Shown: piece after piece, positions 28,348 through 38,729 of the stretch
Numbering within the stretch: the stretch's first letter is position 1
Layout of the letters: every line of letters begins with the position of its first letter
Source: a virus
DNA length: 64,000 nucleotides
Reading direction: 5' to 3' (one strand)
Virus record (IMG/VR): IMGVR_UViG_3300045988_129191
Coordinates: 1 to 64,000 of that record
Translations under genes and position numbers: made by a program
Notes under the pieces: model-generated
What the model saw: the letters and a program-made list of their open reading frames with translations, nothing else
The model's database searches: none
What the model was told of the DNA's origin: nothing

Positions 28348-29550
28348 ATGGAATTAACAAGAAAACAAGAAGAGGGATTGAAGATTGCGGTTGAAAGATT
28401 CCATAACAACGAAAAATATACCGTAATAGCTGGGTATGCAGGTACTGGTAAGTCCACCCTTGTAAAGTTCATTATCGAGGCTCTTGATGTTGAACCAAGC
28501 AAGGTTGCATATGCTACTTTTACTGGTAAAGCTGCGGAAGTTCTTCGCAAAAAAGGAAATAAGAATGCTTGCACTTTACATAAATTACTTTATGAACATA
28601 TTCCAAGACCAGGCGGAGGCTTCTTCAGGAAACCAAAAGCCAATCTTGAATATAGTATTATTGTAGTAGATGAGATTTCAATGGTGCCAGTAGATATGAT
28701 GCAGCAACTTTTTAAACATAAAGTATACGTTATCTGTCTTGGTGACCCATTTCAGATTCCTCCAATAGAGAAAGATAAAGATAATCACTTGCTTGATAAT
28801 CCTCATATTTTTTTGGATGAAATTATGCGGCAGGCCGCAGATTCAGAAATTATTAGATTAAGTATTGACATTCGAGAAATGAAACCTTTAGAATTATTTA
28901 GAGGAGAGAATGTCCAAGTAATTGACCAAAAAGATTATGAAGCTGGTATGGTTCTTTGGGCTGACCAGATTATTTGTGGAACCAATGCCGCAGTTGAAGA
29001 AATTAATACTTATGCAAGAAATCTTTTAGGGAGAGGCCCTCTTCCAGAAGATGGAGATAAGATTCTTTGTAGACAAAATTACTGGGATGATATTAGTGAT
29101 GACCATAACGCTTTAGTTAATGGTACTATTGGCTATTTAAAAAATCCTAAAAATAGATTTGTTTATTTCCCATATTGGATTGGAACTTCTGTTCCATCAG
29201 TACAAGCCATTCAGTGTGATATAGAGACTGATGAAGGAGACTTATATAAAGACCTGTATTTAGATAAAACTATGCTTACTCATGGAGCAAGATGTCTTGA
29301 TGATAGAGATATTTATAAGATTGGTAAATACCGTGAAAGAGTCGGAGATTTAGTTCCAAAATTTTTCACTTATGGATATGGTATTACTGGACATAAAGCT
29401 CAAGGCTCTGAATGGGATAAGGTTTTAGTTCTTGAAGAGCCATTTCCAAGAGTAAGATTAGAACATGCCAGATGGCTTTATACTGCGGTTACAAGAGCAT
29501 CTGAAAAAGTAATTGTAAGAAGAAAATACTCTTCAGGTACGAGAGCATAA
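28348..29550 (+). CDS. SF1 DNA helicase, Dda/RecD-like
   Basis: Walker A GYAGTGKST, motif II VVDEISMV, C-terminal GYGITGHKAQGSEWDKV typical of RecD/Dda/Pif1. Confidence 0.85.
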   Translation: MELTRKQEEGLKIAVERFHNNEKYTVIAGYAGTGKSTLVKFIIEALDVEPSKVAYATFTGKAAEVLRKKGNKNACTLHKLLYEHIPRPGGGFFRKPKANLEYSIIVVDEISMVPVDMMQQLFKHKVYVICLGDPFQIPPIEKDKDNHLLDNPHIFLDEIMRQAADSEIIRLSIDIREMKPLELFRGENVQVIDQKDYEAGMVLWADQIICGTNAAVEEINTYARNLLGRGPLPEDGDKILCRQNYWDDISDDHNALVNGTIGYLKNPKNRFVYFPYWIGTSVPSVQAIQCDIETDEGDLYKDLYLDKTMLTHGARCLDDRDIYKIGKYRERVGDLVPKFFTYGYGITGHKAQGSEWDKVLVLEEPFPRVRLEHARWLYTAVTRASEKVIVRRKYSSGTRA

Positions 29551-29563
29551 AGGAGAAAATAAT

Positions 29564-30205
29564 ATGAATGTAGTTACAATAGATTTTGATATTATTATGG
29601 AGCCAAGCATTAGTTTCTATAATAATATGGTAGATATTGAAGACCCAATGAAAGATTATGTAGATAAATTTTCATTTCTTACAAATATCCCTGCTAATTT
29701 ATATATTTATGATTATCTAACTCGCTATATTGTACGTGCGGCAAAGCAAAATCAAGAAATTTATTTTGTAAATAGCCATGATAAAGTGATTGATATTCTT
29801 AAAACAATTCCTCATGATGAGCAGATTGATTTATATAATATTGACCATCATCATGATTTAGGATATGATATGGAACCTTCAGACTGGATGCGTCCAATGT
29901 TTAAATATGATTTAAGTGATTGGGTTAAATACGCCAGAGATAAGAAAATGGTCGATACTTTTTATTGGATTCACAATGAAAATTCTGACCCTTATCCTAA
30001 TGAGGCCGCAAGATATGTTACAGAAGATTATAACTTAAAAGATTTTAATTTAGAAGATGACAAATATACTCCAGATGTTTTAATTATTTGCTCTTCTTTT
30101 GAATGGATTCCACCAGTTTATCAACCATTATTTTATTCATGGAATACTATCTGTAGTGAAATTACGGGTAAAGAATATCCTTTTGACAGTATTGAAAAAA
30201 TATGA
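29564..30205 (+). CDS. Hypothetical protein (213 aa)
   Basis: RBS AAGGAGAAAA. Confidence 0.5.
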   Translation: MNVVTIDFDIIMEPSISFYNNMVDIEDPMKDYVDKFSFLTNIPANLYIYDYLTRYIVRAAKQNQEIYFVNSHDKVIDILKTIPHDEQIDLYNIDHHHDLGYDMEPSDWMRPMFKYDLSDWVKYARDKKMVDTFYWIHNENSDPYPNEAARYVTEDYNLKDFNLEDDKYTPDVLIICSSFEWIPPVYQPLFYSWNTICSEITGKEYPFDSIEKI

Positions 30206-30211
30206 TATAAT
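30183..30211 (+). promoter_or_regulatory. Promoter TTGACA-N17-TGaTATAAT overlapping the stop of the upstream ORF
   Basis: -35 at 30183-30188, -10 at 30206-30211, upstream of Pol III alpha. Confidence 0.6.
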
Positions 30212-30253
30212 ATTTATATAATTGAGAATAGTATAGATAGAGGAAGATAATAG

Positions 30254-33200
30254 ATGAGCAAAAAGTGGTTTAATTGTCATAACCATACAGAGTATTCAAA
30301 TTTACGTCTTTTGGATTCAACCAATCACCCAAAAGATTTAATCAACAAAGCAATCGAATTAGGACTTAGTGGTATCTGTATAACTGACCATGAAGCCCTT
30401 TGCGCGCATGTTGAAATAAATAAAATTGCAACAGAGTTAAGAGAAACAAATCCTGATTTTGTGATTGGGTTAGGAAATGAGATTTATTTAACTGATACAA
30501 GAAATCATGGTCAGAAATATTATCACTTTATTTTGATTGCTAAAGATGCAATCGGTCATAAAGCATTAAGAGAATTAAGTTCTACAGCTTGGTATTATTC
30601 ATATATGGATAGAGGTATGGAAAGAGTTCCAACTTTAAAAGATGAATTAACTGAGATTGTAAAACATTATAAAGGTCATTTAATTGCAACAAGTGCGTGT
30701 ATTGGTGGAGAATTATCTTCATGGTCTTTATTATATGCAGAAGCATTAAAAGTAAATGACCAGAAAATGGCAATAGAATTTCAAAAGAAGATTCAAGATT
30801 TTATGGATTTTGTTCTTGATTTATTTGGAGATGATTTTTATATTGAATGTGCTCCATCTAATAAAGAAGACCAGATGACAGTAAATTCTCAACTTTTCAA
30901 AATTGCAACTGCATATAATGTTAAGATGGTTGTTGGAACTGACTCTCATTATTTAACAAAAGAAGATAGAATGGTTCATAAGGCATATCTTAATTCAAAA
31001 GGTGGAGAACGTGAAGTTGATGATTTCTATGAATTTGCAAGACTTATGGATAGTAATGAAGTAGAAGAATTATTATCTCCATGTTTTCCAGATGGATATG
31101 TAGATGTAATTTTTGAAAATACTTTAGATTTACAAAATAAAATTGAATATTATAGTCTTTTTCATAAACAGGATATTCCTTCTGTTGAAGTTAAAGATTA
31201 TCCAAAAGTAAGAGGATTTAAACAGTATCCACATTTATCTGCAATGTTAATGGATGATGATATTCAGAATCGTTATTGGGTAAATGAATGTTTAAATCAG
31301 CTTGAAAAACTTGAGAAAATCAATGATAGACGCTATCTTGATGAGCTTGAAGAAGAAGCACGAGTTAAAAGTATTATTAGTGAAAAACTTGAAACAAATA
31401 TGTTTCGTTACCCAAATACACTTCAGCATTATATTGATATGATTTGGGATTGCGGTTCAATGGTAGGCGCAGGACGTGGTTCCAGTTGTGCGGCTCTTAA
31501 TCATTATCTTATGGGAATTACACAACTTGACCCGATTGAATGGGATTTGCCATTTTTCCGTTACTTAAATGAAGAACGTATCGAGTTAGGTGATATTGAT
31601 ATTGATATTTGCCCTTCTAAACGACCTATGATATTACAAAAAATTAAAGAAGAACGTGGAAAGATGTTCTATGATAATATCATGGAATGGGCAAAGAAAA
31701 ATCTGGGATGTACTCTTGTAGCAACATTCGGTACAGAGGGAACAAAATCTGCGATTCAGACAGCCTGTAGAGGTTATCGAAGTGAAGATTATCCAGAAGG
31801 AATTGATGTTGATGAAGCTCAATATATGAGTTCATTAATACCAGAAGAAAGAGGATTCTTATGGACAATTAAAGAAGTTGTTTATGGTAATCCAGAAAAA
31901 GGTCGTAAACCAGTTAAAACATTTGTAAATGAAGTTAATAAATATCCAGGTTTATTGGATATTATTGTAGCTATTGAAGGTCTTGTAAACCATAGAGGTT
32001 CTCATGCATCTGGTGTAATTTTATTTGGAGATGACCCATTTGAGCATAGTGCTTTTATGAAAACTCCAAAAGGTGAGATTACCACTCAGTTTGATTTGCA
32101 TGATGCTGAGTATATGGGATTAACAAAGTATGATTTTCTTGTAACTGAGGTTCAGGATAAATTAGTTCAAACAATTCAATTACTCCAAGAGGATAATGAA
32201 ATTGAGCCTGAGCTGAGTTTGCGGGAAGTGTATGATAAATATTTTCATCCTAATGTATTACCTTTAGATGACCAGAGAATCTGGGATGCATTGGGTAAAG
32301 TATCTGTTATTAATACTTTCCAGTTTGATTCTCAAGTTGGTGCGCAGGTCGCAAAGAAGTTAAAACCTCAGAATGTATTAGAGATGGCAGATGCTAATGG
32401 TCTGATGAGACTTATGGGTGAAGATGGAGAAGAACGCCCAATGGATAAATATTATCGTTTTAAACAGAACATTCAACTGTGGTATGATGAAATGACAAAA
32501 TTTGGTCTTACTGAAGAAGAGCAAAAAACTCTTGAACCTTACTTTAAGAGTTCTTATGGAGTTCCGCCTTCACAGGAACAGTTAATGAGAATGTTGATGG
32601 ATGATAAAATTTGTCACTTTAGTCTTGGAGAAGCAAATGCGGCTCGTAAGATTGTTGGTAAGAAGCAAATGAATAAAATTCCAGCTTTACATGAAAAGGT
32701 ATTAGAGCAGGCTGCAAGTGAAAAACTTGGACAGTATGTATGGAAATGTGGAGTCGGCCCGCAGATGGGTTATTCATTTAGTGTTATTCATGCTTTAGCA
32801 TATAGTTTCATTGGTGTACAAACTTTATTTGTTGCAACTAATTGGAATCCTATTTATTGGGATTGTGCTTGTCTGATTGTGAATAGTGGTTCACTTGAAG
32901 ATAGTAGCGATTTAGAAATTGAAGAAGATGATGAATCTGAATCTATTTCTGTAAAGAAGACAGCTTCAACTGATTATGGAAAGATTGCAAAAGCTATGGG
33001 TGAAATTATGTCAGCAGGAATTAAATTAAGTCTTGTTGATATAAATAATTCCGATTATGGATTTAAACCTGACGCTAAAAATAATCAGATTCTTTATGGA
33101 ATGAAAGGTTTATTGAATGTCAGTGATGCGGTAATTGATGATATTATTAAGAATAGACCTTATATTTCTCCTAAAGATTTCTTATTAAAAGTCCGTCCAA

Positions 33201-34180
33201 ATAAACAGGCTATGATTTCACTTATTAAAGGTGGAGCATTTGATACAATGATTGACCGCAAGATTTGTATGGGATGGTATATTTGGGAAACTTGTGATAA
33301 AAAGAAACGAATTACATTACAAAATATGGGAGGTTTGATTAAATATAATCTTCTTCCAGAAAAAAATGAAAAACAGATTATGGCGAGAAGAGTTTATGAG
33401 TTTAATCGTTATTTAAAGTCTGTTTGTAAAATTAAAGGTGACGCAATTAATTATCATATAGATGATAGAGCAATGAACTTTTTGATTGAAATGGAACATG
33501 ATGATTTATTAGAGGGTTACTCTTTAAATATGAAAGCATGGGACAAAGTATATCAGAAATGGATGGATATATTTAGAGAGTGGATTGCGGAAGAAAAAGA
33601 ACAAATTCTTCAAAACTTAAATGAAAAAATCTTTAAAGACGATTGGGATAAATATGCTCAAGGAACTTTATCAGCTTGGGAAATGCAAGCATTATGTTTC
33701 TATTACCATGAACATGAATTATCTCATGTAGATACTCAGAGATATGGTTTTGTTGATTTTGACAAACTGCCGCAAGAACCTATTGTAGAAAGAACATTTA
33801 CAAAAGGTGCTAAGCAAATCAATATATTCAAATTGAATAAAATTTGCGGAACTTGTATTGCTAAAAATAAAACTAAAAGTACAGTAACTATATTGACAAC
33901 TTCTGGAGTAGTTAATGTCAAATTTAGAAAAGAATATTTCTCATTATTTGATAAACAGATTTCTGAGAAACAAGAAGATGGAACTAAAAAAGTTCGAGAA
34001 AAATCTTGGTTCAATCGAGGAAATATGATTATAGTAATGGGCATTAGGTCAGGAGATGATTTTATTTCTAAGAAATATGCTTCTTCTAATGGACATCAAT
34101 TATATAAAATTGATAAAATTAATGAAGATGGAAGTTTGGAAATCAGAAGTGATAGATACCAAGGAGAAGATGTTTTTTAA
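30254..34180 (+). CDS. dnaE: DNA polymerase III alpha subunit (DnaE-type) with N-terminal PHP domain
   Basis: PHP His motifs CHNHTEYS and ITDHEAL; conserved Pol III core palm/fingers; 1308 aa. Confidence 0.9.
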   Translation: MSKKWFNCHNHTEYSNLRLLDSTNHPKDLINKAIELGLSGICITDHEALCAHVEINKIATELRETNPDFVIGLGNEIYLTDTRNHGQKYYHFILIAKDAIGHKALRELSSTAWYYSYMDRGMERVPTLKDELTEIVKHYKGHLIATSACIGGELSSWSLLYAEALKVNDQKMAIEFQKKIQDFMDFVLDLFGDDFYIECAPSNKEDQMTVNSQLFKIATAYNVKMVVGTDSHYLTKEDRMVHKAYLNSKGGEREVDDFYEFARLMDSNEVEELLSPCFPDGYVDVIFENTLDLQNKIEYYSLFHKQDIPSVEVKDYPKVRGFKQYPHLSAMLMDDDIQNRYWVNECLNQLEKLEKINDRRYLDELEEEARVKSIISEKLETNMFRYPNTLQHYIDMIWDCGSMVGAGRGSSCAALNHYLMGITQLDPIEWDLPFFRYLNEERIELGDIDIDICPSKRPMILQKIKEERGKMFYDNIMEWAKKNLGCTLVATFGTEGTKSAIQTACRGYRSEDYPEGIDVDEAQYMSSLIPEERGFLWTIKEVVYGNPEKGRKPVKTFVNEVNKYPGLLDIIVAIEGLVNHRGSHASGVILFGDDPFEHSAFMKTPKGEITTQFDLHDAEYMGLTKYDFLVTEVQDKLVQTIQLLQEDNEIEPELSLREVYDKYFHPNVLPLDDQRIWDALGKVSVINTFQFDSQVGAQVAKKLKPQNVLEMADANGLMRLMGEDGEERPMDKYYRFKQNIQLWYDEMTKFGLTEEEQKTLEPYFKSSYGVPPSQEQLMRMLMDDKICHFSLGEANAARKIVGKKQMNKIPALHEKVLEQAASEKLGQYVWKCGVGPQMGYSFSVIHALAYSFIGVQTLFVATNWNPIYWDCACLIVNSGSLEDSSDLEIEEDDESESISVKKTASTDYGKIAKAMGEIMSAGIKLSLVDINNSDYGFKPDAKNNQILYGMKGLLNVSDAVIDDIIKNRPYISPKDFLLKVRPNKQAMISLIKGGAFDTMIDRKICMGWYIWETCDKKKRITLQNMGGLIKYNLLPEKNEKQIMARRVYEFNRYLKSVCKIKGDAINYHIDDRAMNFLIEMEHDDLLEGYSLNMKAWDKVYQKWMDIFREWIAEEKEQILQNLNEKIFKDDWDKYAQGTLSAWEMQALCFYYHEHELSHVDTQRYGFVDFDKLPQEPIVERTFTKGAKQINIFKLNKICGTCIAKNKTKSTVTILTTSGVVNVKFRKEYFSLFDKQISEKQEDGTKKVREKSWFNRGNMIIVMGIRSGDDFISKKYASSNGHQLYKIDKINEDGSLEIRSDRYQGEDVF

Positions 34181-34219
34181 CATCTTCTCTAATATATCAG
34201 TAAAAAGGAGAATAAAAAT

Positions 34220-34579
34220 ATGAGTCAAGTTACAAAAAGAGTTTGCGATTTATGCGGAAAAGAAATTGTGGAAAATTTAGATAGTGGTAATATTAATTTT
34301 AACTATGCTAATTCCATGGGATTTATGCATAGTCATAATATTGACCTTTGTAAGAGCTGTGCTCCAAAGATTGTTACCGCTCTTAAAAGAACTTTAATAG
34401 ATGTATTTAAAGTAAAAGAAACAGATAATGAAATTTCTGATTTAGATACATTTTTCCAGAAGGAAAGTATTATGCAGGAAGAGATGAAAAAGTATCAGGA
34501 AGAAATAGATAAAGCAAATAACTCAGGCGGAAACACAAATTCAGAAGGCACAAATAAAGAGGAAGAAGCAAGCGTATGA
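34220..34579 (+). CDS. Zn-ribbon protein with acidic C-terminus
   Basis: CDLCGK...CKSCAP; RBS AAAAGGAG. Confidence 0.5.
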   Translation: MSQVTKRVCDLCGKEIVENLDSGNINFNYANSMGFMHSHNIDLCKSCAPKIVTALKRTLIDVFKVKETDNEISDLDTFFQKESIMQEEMKKYQEEIDKANNSGGNTNSEGTNKEEEASV

Positions 34580-35148
34580 TAGGTTCTTATAAAATTCTTG
34601 CCATTATTGGAGAAGCTGGTAGCGGAAAAGATACTCTTATGCAAGAGGTTTTAAAAGTTAATCATAATCTCCATGAGATAGTTAGTTTTACAACAAGACC
34701 TCCAAGAGAAGGAGAAAAAGATGGAATTAACTATCATTTTGTTTCTGGTGAAGAATTTGCAGAAAAGCTTCTGGCAGGTGAAATGCTGGAAGCTGCCTGC
34801 TTCAATGATTGGTTCTATGGAACTGGTTTTGGTTCATTGCGCTCTGACTGTGTTAATATTGGAGTTTTTAATCCAGAAGGAATTGATAGTTTAATGGCTC
34901 ATAAAAACATTGAGCTTGTTGTGTATTATGTAACTGCTAAAGATAAAACCAGACTATTGCGGCAGTTGAATAGAGAAGAAAATCCAAATGTTGATGAAAT
35001 TATCAGAAGATATAAAACTGATAAAGAAGACTTTTGTGATTTAGATTTTCATTATAATGAAATTGTAAATGAAGATAGAAAAGATATGGACTTCAATGTG
35101 AAGGTTGTATCCGCCGCGGCACAGCGGTTGGAGAACAGGATTGGATAA
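34576..35148 (+). CDS. Guanylate-kinase-like (d)NMP kinase
   Basis: P-loop GEAGSGKDT and TTRPPREGE-x-DG-x-YHFV motif. Confidence 0.75.
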   Translation: MIGSYKILAIIGEAGSGKDTLMQEVLKVNHNLHEIVSFTTRPPREGEKDGINYHFVSGEEFAEKLLAGEMLEAACFNDWFYGTGFGSLRSDCVNIGVFNPEGIDSLMAHKNIELVVYYVTAKDKTRLLRQLNREENPNVDEIIRRYKTDKEDFCDLDFHYNEIVNEDRKDMDFNVKVVSAAAQRLENRIG

Positions 35149-35222
35149 TTTATCTATCACAAAAACCATATATAGTGTTAAGACTTAAAAAATTTTACTA
35201 AATATAGATGGAGGGATACAAT

Positions 35223-37502
35223 ATGTTAGAAGTCCAAAAACGAAATGGTGATATTGTCCCATTTGATAAAGAAAAAATTATTGATGCAGTAAATAGAGCA
35301 ATGATTGAAGTAGACAAAATTCTTTATGAAACAGATACTTCAGAAGATATTGCTACTGAAATTGAAGAAATGGCTAAACGTTCTAAGACAACTATTTCTG
35401 TAGAAACCATTCAAGATTGCGTTGAAGATTTATTAATGCAATCTGAAAGAAGAGATGTTGCAAAAGCGTATATTCGTTATAGATATAAACAAGAGGCAAA
35501 ACGAGAGCATGAGGCAATTTTTGTTAAAACTTACAGTGAAAAGTTGGAAGCCCGCAACGTTCAAAACCAAAACGCAAATGTAGATGAACATTCTTTTGGC
35601 GGTCGTATGGGCGAAGCAAGTTCTGTTATGACAAAGAAATATGCCTTAGACTATATTGTGTCTAAAATGTCAAGAGATAACCATTTAAACAATGAAATTT
35701 ATATTCATGATTTAGACAGTTATGCTGTTGGAATGCACAATTGTTTGTCATTACCTATAGATGATTTACTCAGAGATGGATTTAATACTCGTCAGACTGA
35801 TGTTAGACCAGCTCAATCTATTAATACAGCTTTTCAACTTTTGGCAGTATTATTTCAGTTACAATCATTACAACAATTCGGTGGTGTTTCTGCAACTCAT
35901 CTTGATTGGAGTATGGTTCCATATGTTCGTAAGAGTTTTAGAAAACATTATATCGAAGGCTTAAAATATATTGAAAATATTTTTGATAAAGAGTTATTTG
36001 ACCATATTCCAGATAATGCTGGAATTGAAGATAATGAATATATGATTTATGATAAAGTCTATAAATATGCTATGGATATGACTGTAAAAGAAACATATCA
36101 AGCTGTTGAAGGAATGTATCATAATCTTAATACATTACAAAGTAGAAGCGGAAATCAGTTACCTTTTACTTCTATTAATTATGGCACTTGTACACTTCCA
36201 GAAGGAAGATTAGTCACTAAAGCCCTGTTAGAAGTATCTATTAAGGGTATTGGTAAACTTCATAAAACTTCTATTTTCCCTTGCGGAATTTTTCAATGTA
36301 TGAAAGGAGTTAATCGTGAAGAAGGAGACCCAAATTACGATTTATTTAAACTCGCATTACGTTCAACCGCCACAAGACTGTACCCAAATTATGCTAATGT
36401 CGACTGGTCTGGAAACGCAGGATATGACATCAACGACCCTCGTACCTACTTTTCTACAATGGGATGTAGAACTGCCAATGGATACGATATTAATGGTTTC
36501 GGTCAGTTAAAAGATGGTCGTGGAAATATTTGTCCTGTAACAATTATCTTACCAACTTTAGCTATGGAAGCTAAACAGAATTTTATGTCTCAATACGCTT
36601 TAACAGGTGAAGATGCCAAAGAAGCTTTTGCGGTTGAATATTTTATGACTCTTTTGGATGAAAAAATTCATCAAGCAAAAGATATGTTAATTGAACGTTT
36701 TGATTGGATTTGTTCTCAAGATGCTTCTGCCGCAACTTTCATGTATGAAAATGGTACAATGAAAGGATATATTCCAGAAGAAGGAATAAGAAGTGCATTG
36801 AAACACGGTACTTTAGCATTAGGTCAGTTAGGACTCGCTGAGACTCTTCAAATTCTTATTGGTACAGACCACACTACTCCAGAAGGAATGAAATTAGCTA
36901 AAAGGATTGAACAGTTATTTAAGGATAGATGCGCTGAATTTAAAGAAGAATATAAACTTAATTTTGGAGTATATTACACCCCAGCTGAGAATCTTTGTTA
37001 TAAAGCTTTAAAGAATTTTAAAGCAAAATATGGAGTAATTGAGAATGTAAGTGATAAAGAGTTCTTTACAAATTCAATTCATGTTCCAGTTTGGAAAGAA
37101 ATGTCTCCATTTGAAAAAATTGATATTGAGTCTCAATTAACTGGTTATTCATCTGCGGGATGTATTACTTATGTTGAATTAGATTCAAGTATTAAAAATA
37201 ATCTTGAAGCATTAGAGCAAATTGTAAATTATGCTATGGATAAAGATATTCCATATTTTGCAGTCAATGTTCCTAATGACACTTGCCTTGAATGCGGATA
37301 TACAGATGAATTTAATGATAGATGCCCTATGTGCGGAAGCACTAATATCCAACAGCTTAGAAGAGTTACTGGATATTTAACAGGAAACTATAAAACTGCT
37401 TTTAACCTTGGTAAACAAGATGAAGTTGAGCATCGTGTTAAACATGGAGGAAAGAGAGAATGGGCGCAGATAAAACCTGGCACGACAAAGAAGAATACTT
37501 AA
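35223..37502 (+). CDS. nrdD: Anaerobic ribonucleoside-triphosphate reductase
   Basis: N-terminal ATP cone, C-terminal Zn-ribbon CLECG...CPMCG, glycine-radical region RVTGYL; ATG 35223 with RBS GGAGGG preferred. Confidence 0.9.
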   Translation: MLEVQKRNGDIVPFDKEKIIDAVNRAMIEVDKILYETDTSEDIATEIEEMAKRSKTTISVETIQDCVEDLLMQSERRDVAKAYIRYRYKQEAKREHEAIFVKTYSEKLEARNVQNQNANVDEHSFGGRMGEASSVMTKKYALDYIVSKMSRDNHLNNEIYIHDLDSYAVGMHNCLSLPIDDLLRDGFNTRQTDVRPAQSINTAFQLLAVLFQLQSLQQFGGVSATHLDWSMVPYVRKSFRKHYIEGLKYIENIFDKELFDHIPDNAGIEDNEYMIYDKVYKYAMDMTVKETYQAVEGMYHNLNTLQSRSGNQLPFTSINYGTCTLPEGRLVTKALLEVSIKGIGKLHKTSIFPCGIFQCMKGVNREEGDPNYDLFKLALRSTATRLYPNYANVDWSGNAGYDINDPRTYFSTMGCRTANGYDINGFGQLKDGRGNICPVTIILPTLAMEAKQNFMSQYALTGEDAKEAFAVEYFMTLLDEKIHQAKDMLIERFDWICSQDASAATFMYENGTMKGYIPEEGIRSALKHGTLALGQLGLAETLQILIGTDHTTPEGMKLAKRIEQLFKDRCAEFKEEYKLNFGVYYTPAENLCYKALKNFKAKYGVIENVSDKEFFTNSIHVPVWKEMSPFEKIDIESQLTGYSSAGCITYVELDSSIKNNLEALEQIVNYAMDKDIPYFAVNVPNDTCLECGYTDEFNDRCPMCGSTNIQQLRRVTGYLTGNYKTAFNLGKQDEVEHRVKHGGKREWAQIKPGTTKKNT

Positions 37503-37657
37503 AACAAGCAAAAGAATGTAGATATTGCAGAGAATTAGATGCAGATGATACTTTATATATGGCAAACGACTGGGATGGCGGAATAGGATTTGAATATATT
37601 AGACATATTAAATACTGCCCTATCTGCGGCCGCAAGCTTTTTGATTGGGAGGATTAA
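37460..37657 (+). CDS. Small Zn-ribbon protein overlapping the nrdD end
   Basis: RBS GGAGGAAAGAG; CRYC...CPIC. Confidence 0.45.
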   Translation: MGADKTWHDKEEYLKQAKECRYCRELDADDTLYMANDWDGGIGFEYIRHIKYCPICGRKLFDWED

Positions 37658-37662
37658 TTATA

Positions 37663-38142
37663 ATGCGTTATGCAGGAATTATTAAAAATGATTTTTCTGC
37701 CGCTCCTGGAATAAGTGTAACTTTTTTTACACAAGGTTGCCCTCACAGATGTGAGGGTTGCCATAATCCAGAGACTTGGGATTTTGAGGGTGGAGAAGAA
37801 GTTACCCACGATACTATTTTAGATGTTATTGAAGCTATTACTGCTAATGGATTACACCGTAATTTGTGTATTATGGGAGGAGAGCCTCTTTGTTCAGAAA
37901 ATCAATTTTTGACTAATTTAATTATTAATTCTGTTAAAGAAAAATTACCTGATACTAAAATTTATTTATGGACAGGATATTGTTTAGAAGATTTAGACTT
38001 AAATAATAATAGAATTAAATCAATACTTGAACAAGTAGATTGCCTTATTGATGGTCCTTATGATAAAACAAAAAGAGATGTTTCTTTATTTATGAGAGGT
38101 TCATCTAATCAGCGAATTTTATATAAGGGAACTGATTATTGA
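37663..38142 (+). CDS. nrdG: Anaerobic RNR activating protein (radical SAM)
   Basis: Motif GCPHRCEGCHNPETW; RBS GGGAGGATT; size ~160 aa. Confidence 0.85.
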   Translation: MRYAGIIKNDFSAAPGISVTFFTQGCPHRCEGCHNPETWDFEGGEEVTHDTILDVIEAITANGLHRNLCIMGGEPLCSENQFLTNLIINSVKEKLPDTKIYLWTGYCLEDLDLNNNRIKSILEQVDCLIDGPYDKTKRDVSLFMRGSSNQRILYKGTDY

Positions 38143-38167
38143 TTTTCTAAAAAAAATATGATATTAT
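38139..38167 (+). promoter_or_regulatory. Promoter TTGATT-N17-TGaTATTAT
   Basis: -35 at 38139-38144, -10 at 38162-38167. Confidence 0.5.
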
Positions 38168-38195
38168 ATATTTATAAATGATAAGGAGATTAAGA

Positions 38196-38729
38196 ATGGA
38201 ACTTATTAAGATTAAAGATAATGCAGAATTAGAAGAGATTAAAGAGCCAGCAGATGGCCAGATAGTATACAATGAAATAGGTGAAAACTATTTTATCTAT
38301 AAAAATGAAAAATGGTTCCCATTAGAAGCTCAAATGACTTCTCAGGGACTCGAACTTAATTTATATGAATTAAATAGAAATATTATTGAGCAGCTTCCAG
38401 ACTATGAAGATTCTCAATGGGAAGGCGCTGAAAAGATTTTTGGTGATTGGTTAATGGAACAGTCTTCTACTTATTATATGCTTTATGGTAGAGAGATTAA
38501 TTATTTTACAATCTTTAAGAAAGGGAATATCGGAGAGTCAGATTTCGCAACATTCTGGGATGGACTTAAAGAATGCTTAACTGCGCTTGGTGCAGTTCGT
38601 TCTATCAATGTTAATAAATTAGAAGATGGTAGTGCTTCTTCTATTGAAATCTGGATTAAATATAATGATGTAGTTACTTGCATGTATTTATTTAATTACG
38701 ATGAAGGTATTGTGACTTATGAACAGTAA
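38196..38729 (+). CDS. Hypothetical protein
   Basis: ATG 38196 with RBS TAAGGAGA preferred over 38178. Confidence 0.5.
   Translation: MELIKIKDNAELEEIKEPADGQIVYNEIGENYFIYKNEKWFPLEAQMTSQGLELNLYELNRNIIEQLPDYEDSQWEGAEKIFGDWLMEQSSTYYMLYGREINYFTIFKKGNIGESDFATFWDGLKECLTALGAVRSINVNKLEDGSASSIEIWIKYNDVVTCMYLFNYDEGIVTYEQ

Noticed and set aside
28098-28394. 98-aa plus-strand ORF spanning the long helicase leader
   Set aside because: It overlaps the ends of both flanking genes, has no RBS and a Met/Lys-rich odd composition. The region is better explained as a regulatory leader with inverted repeats.
34163-34190. Hairpin GGAGAAGATG-ttttttaa-CATCTTCTCT overlapping the Pol III stop, as a possible terminator
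   Set aside because: The stem includes a G-T mismatch and is not followed by a T-run; the next gene is only 40 nt away with its own RBS. It is more likely incidental or a minor RNA structure.
37377-37635. Two minus-strand ORFs at the nrdD/nrdG junction
   Set aside because: They are antisense to three co-directional plus-strand genes with good RBS and have no expression signals of their own.
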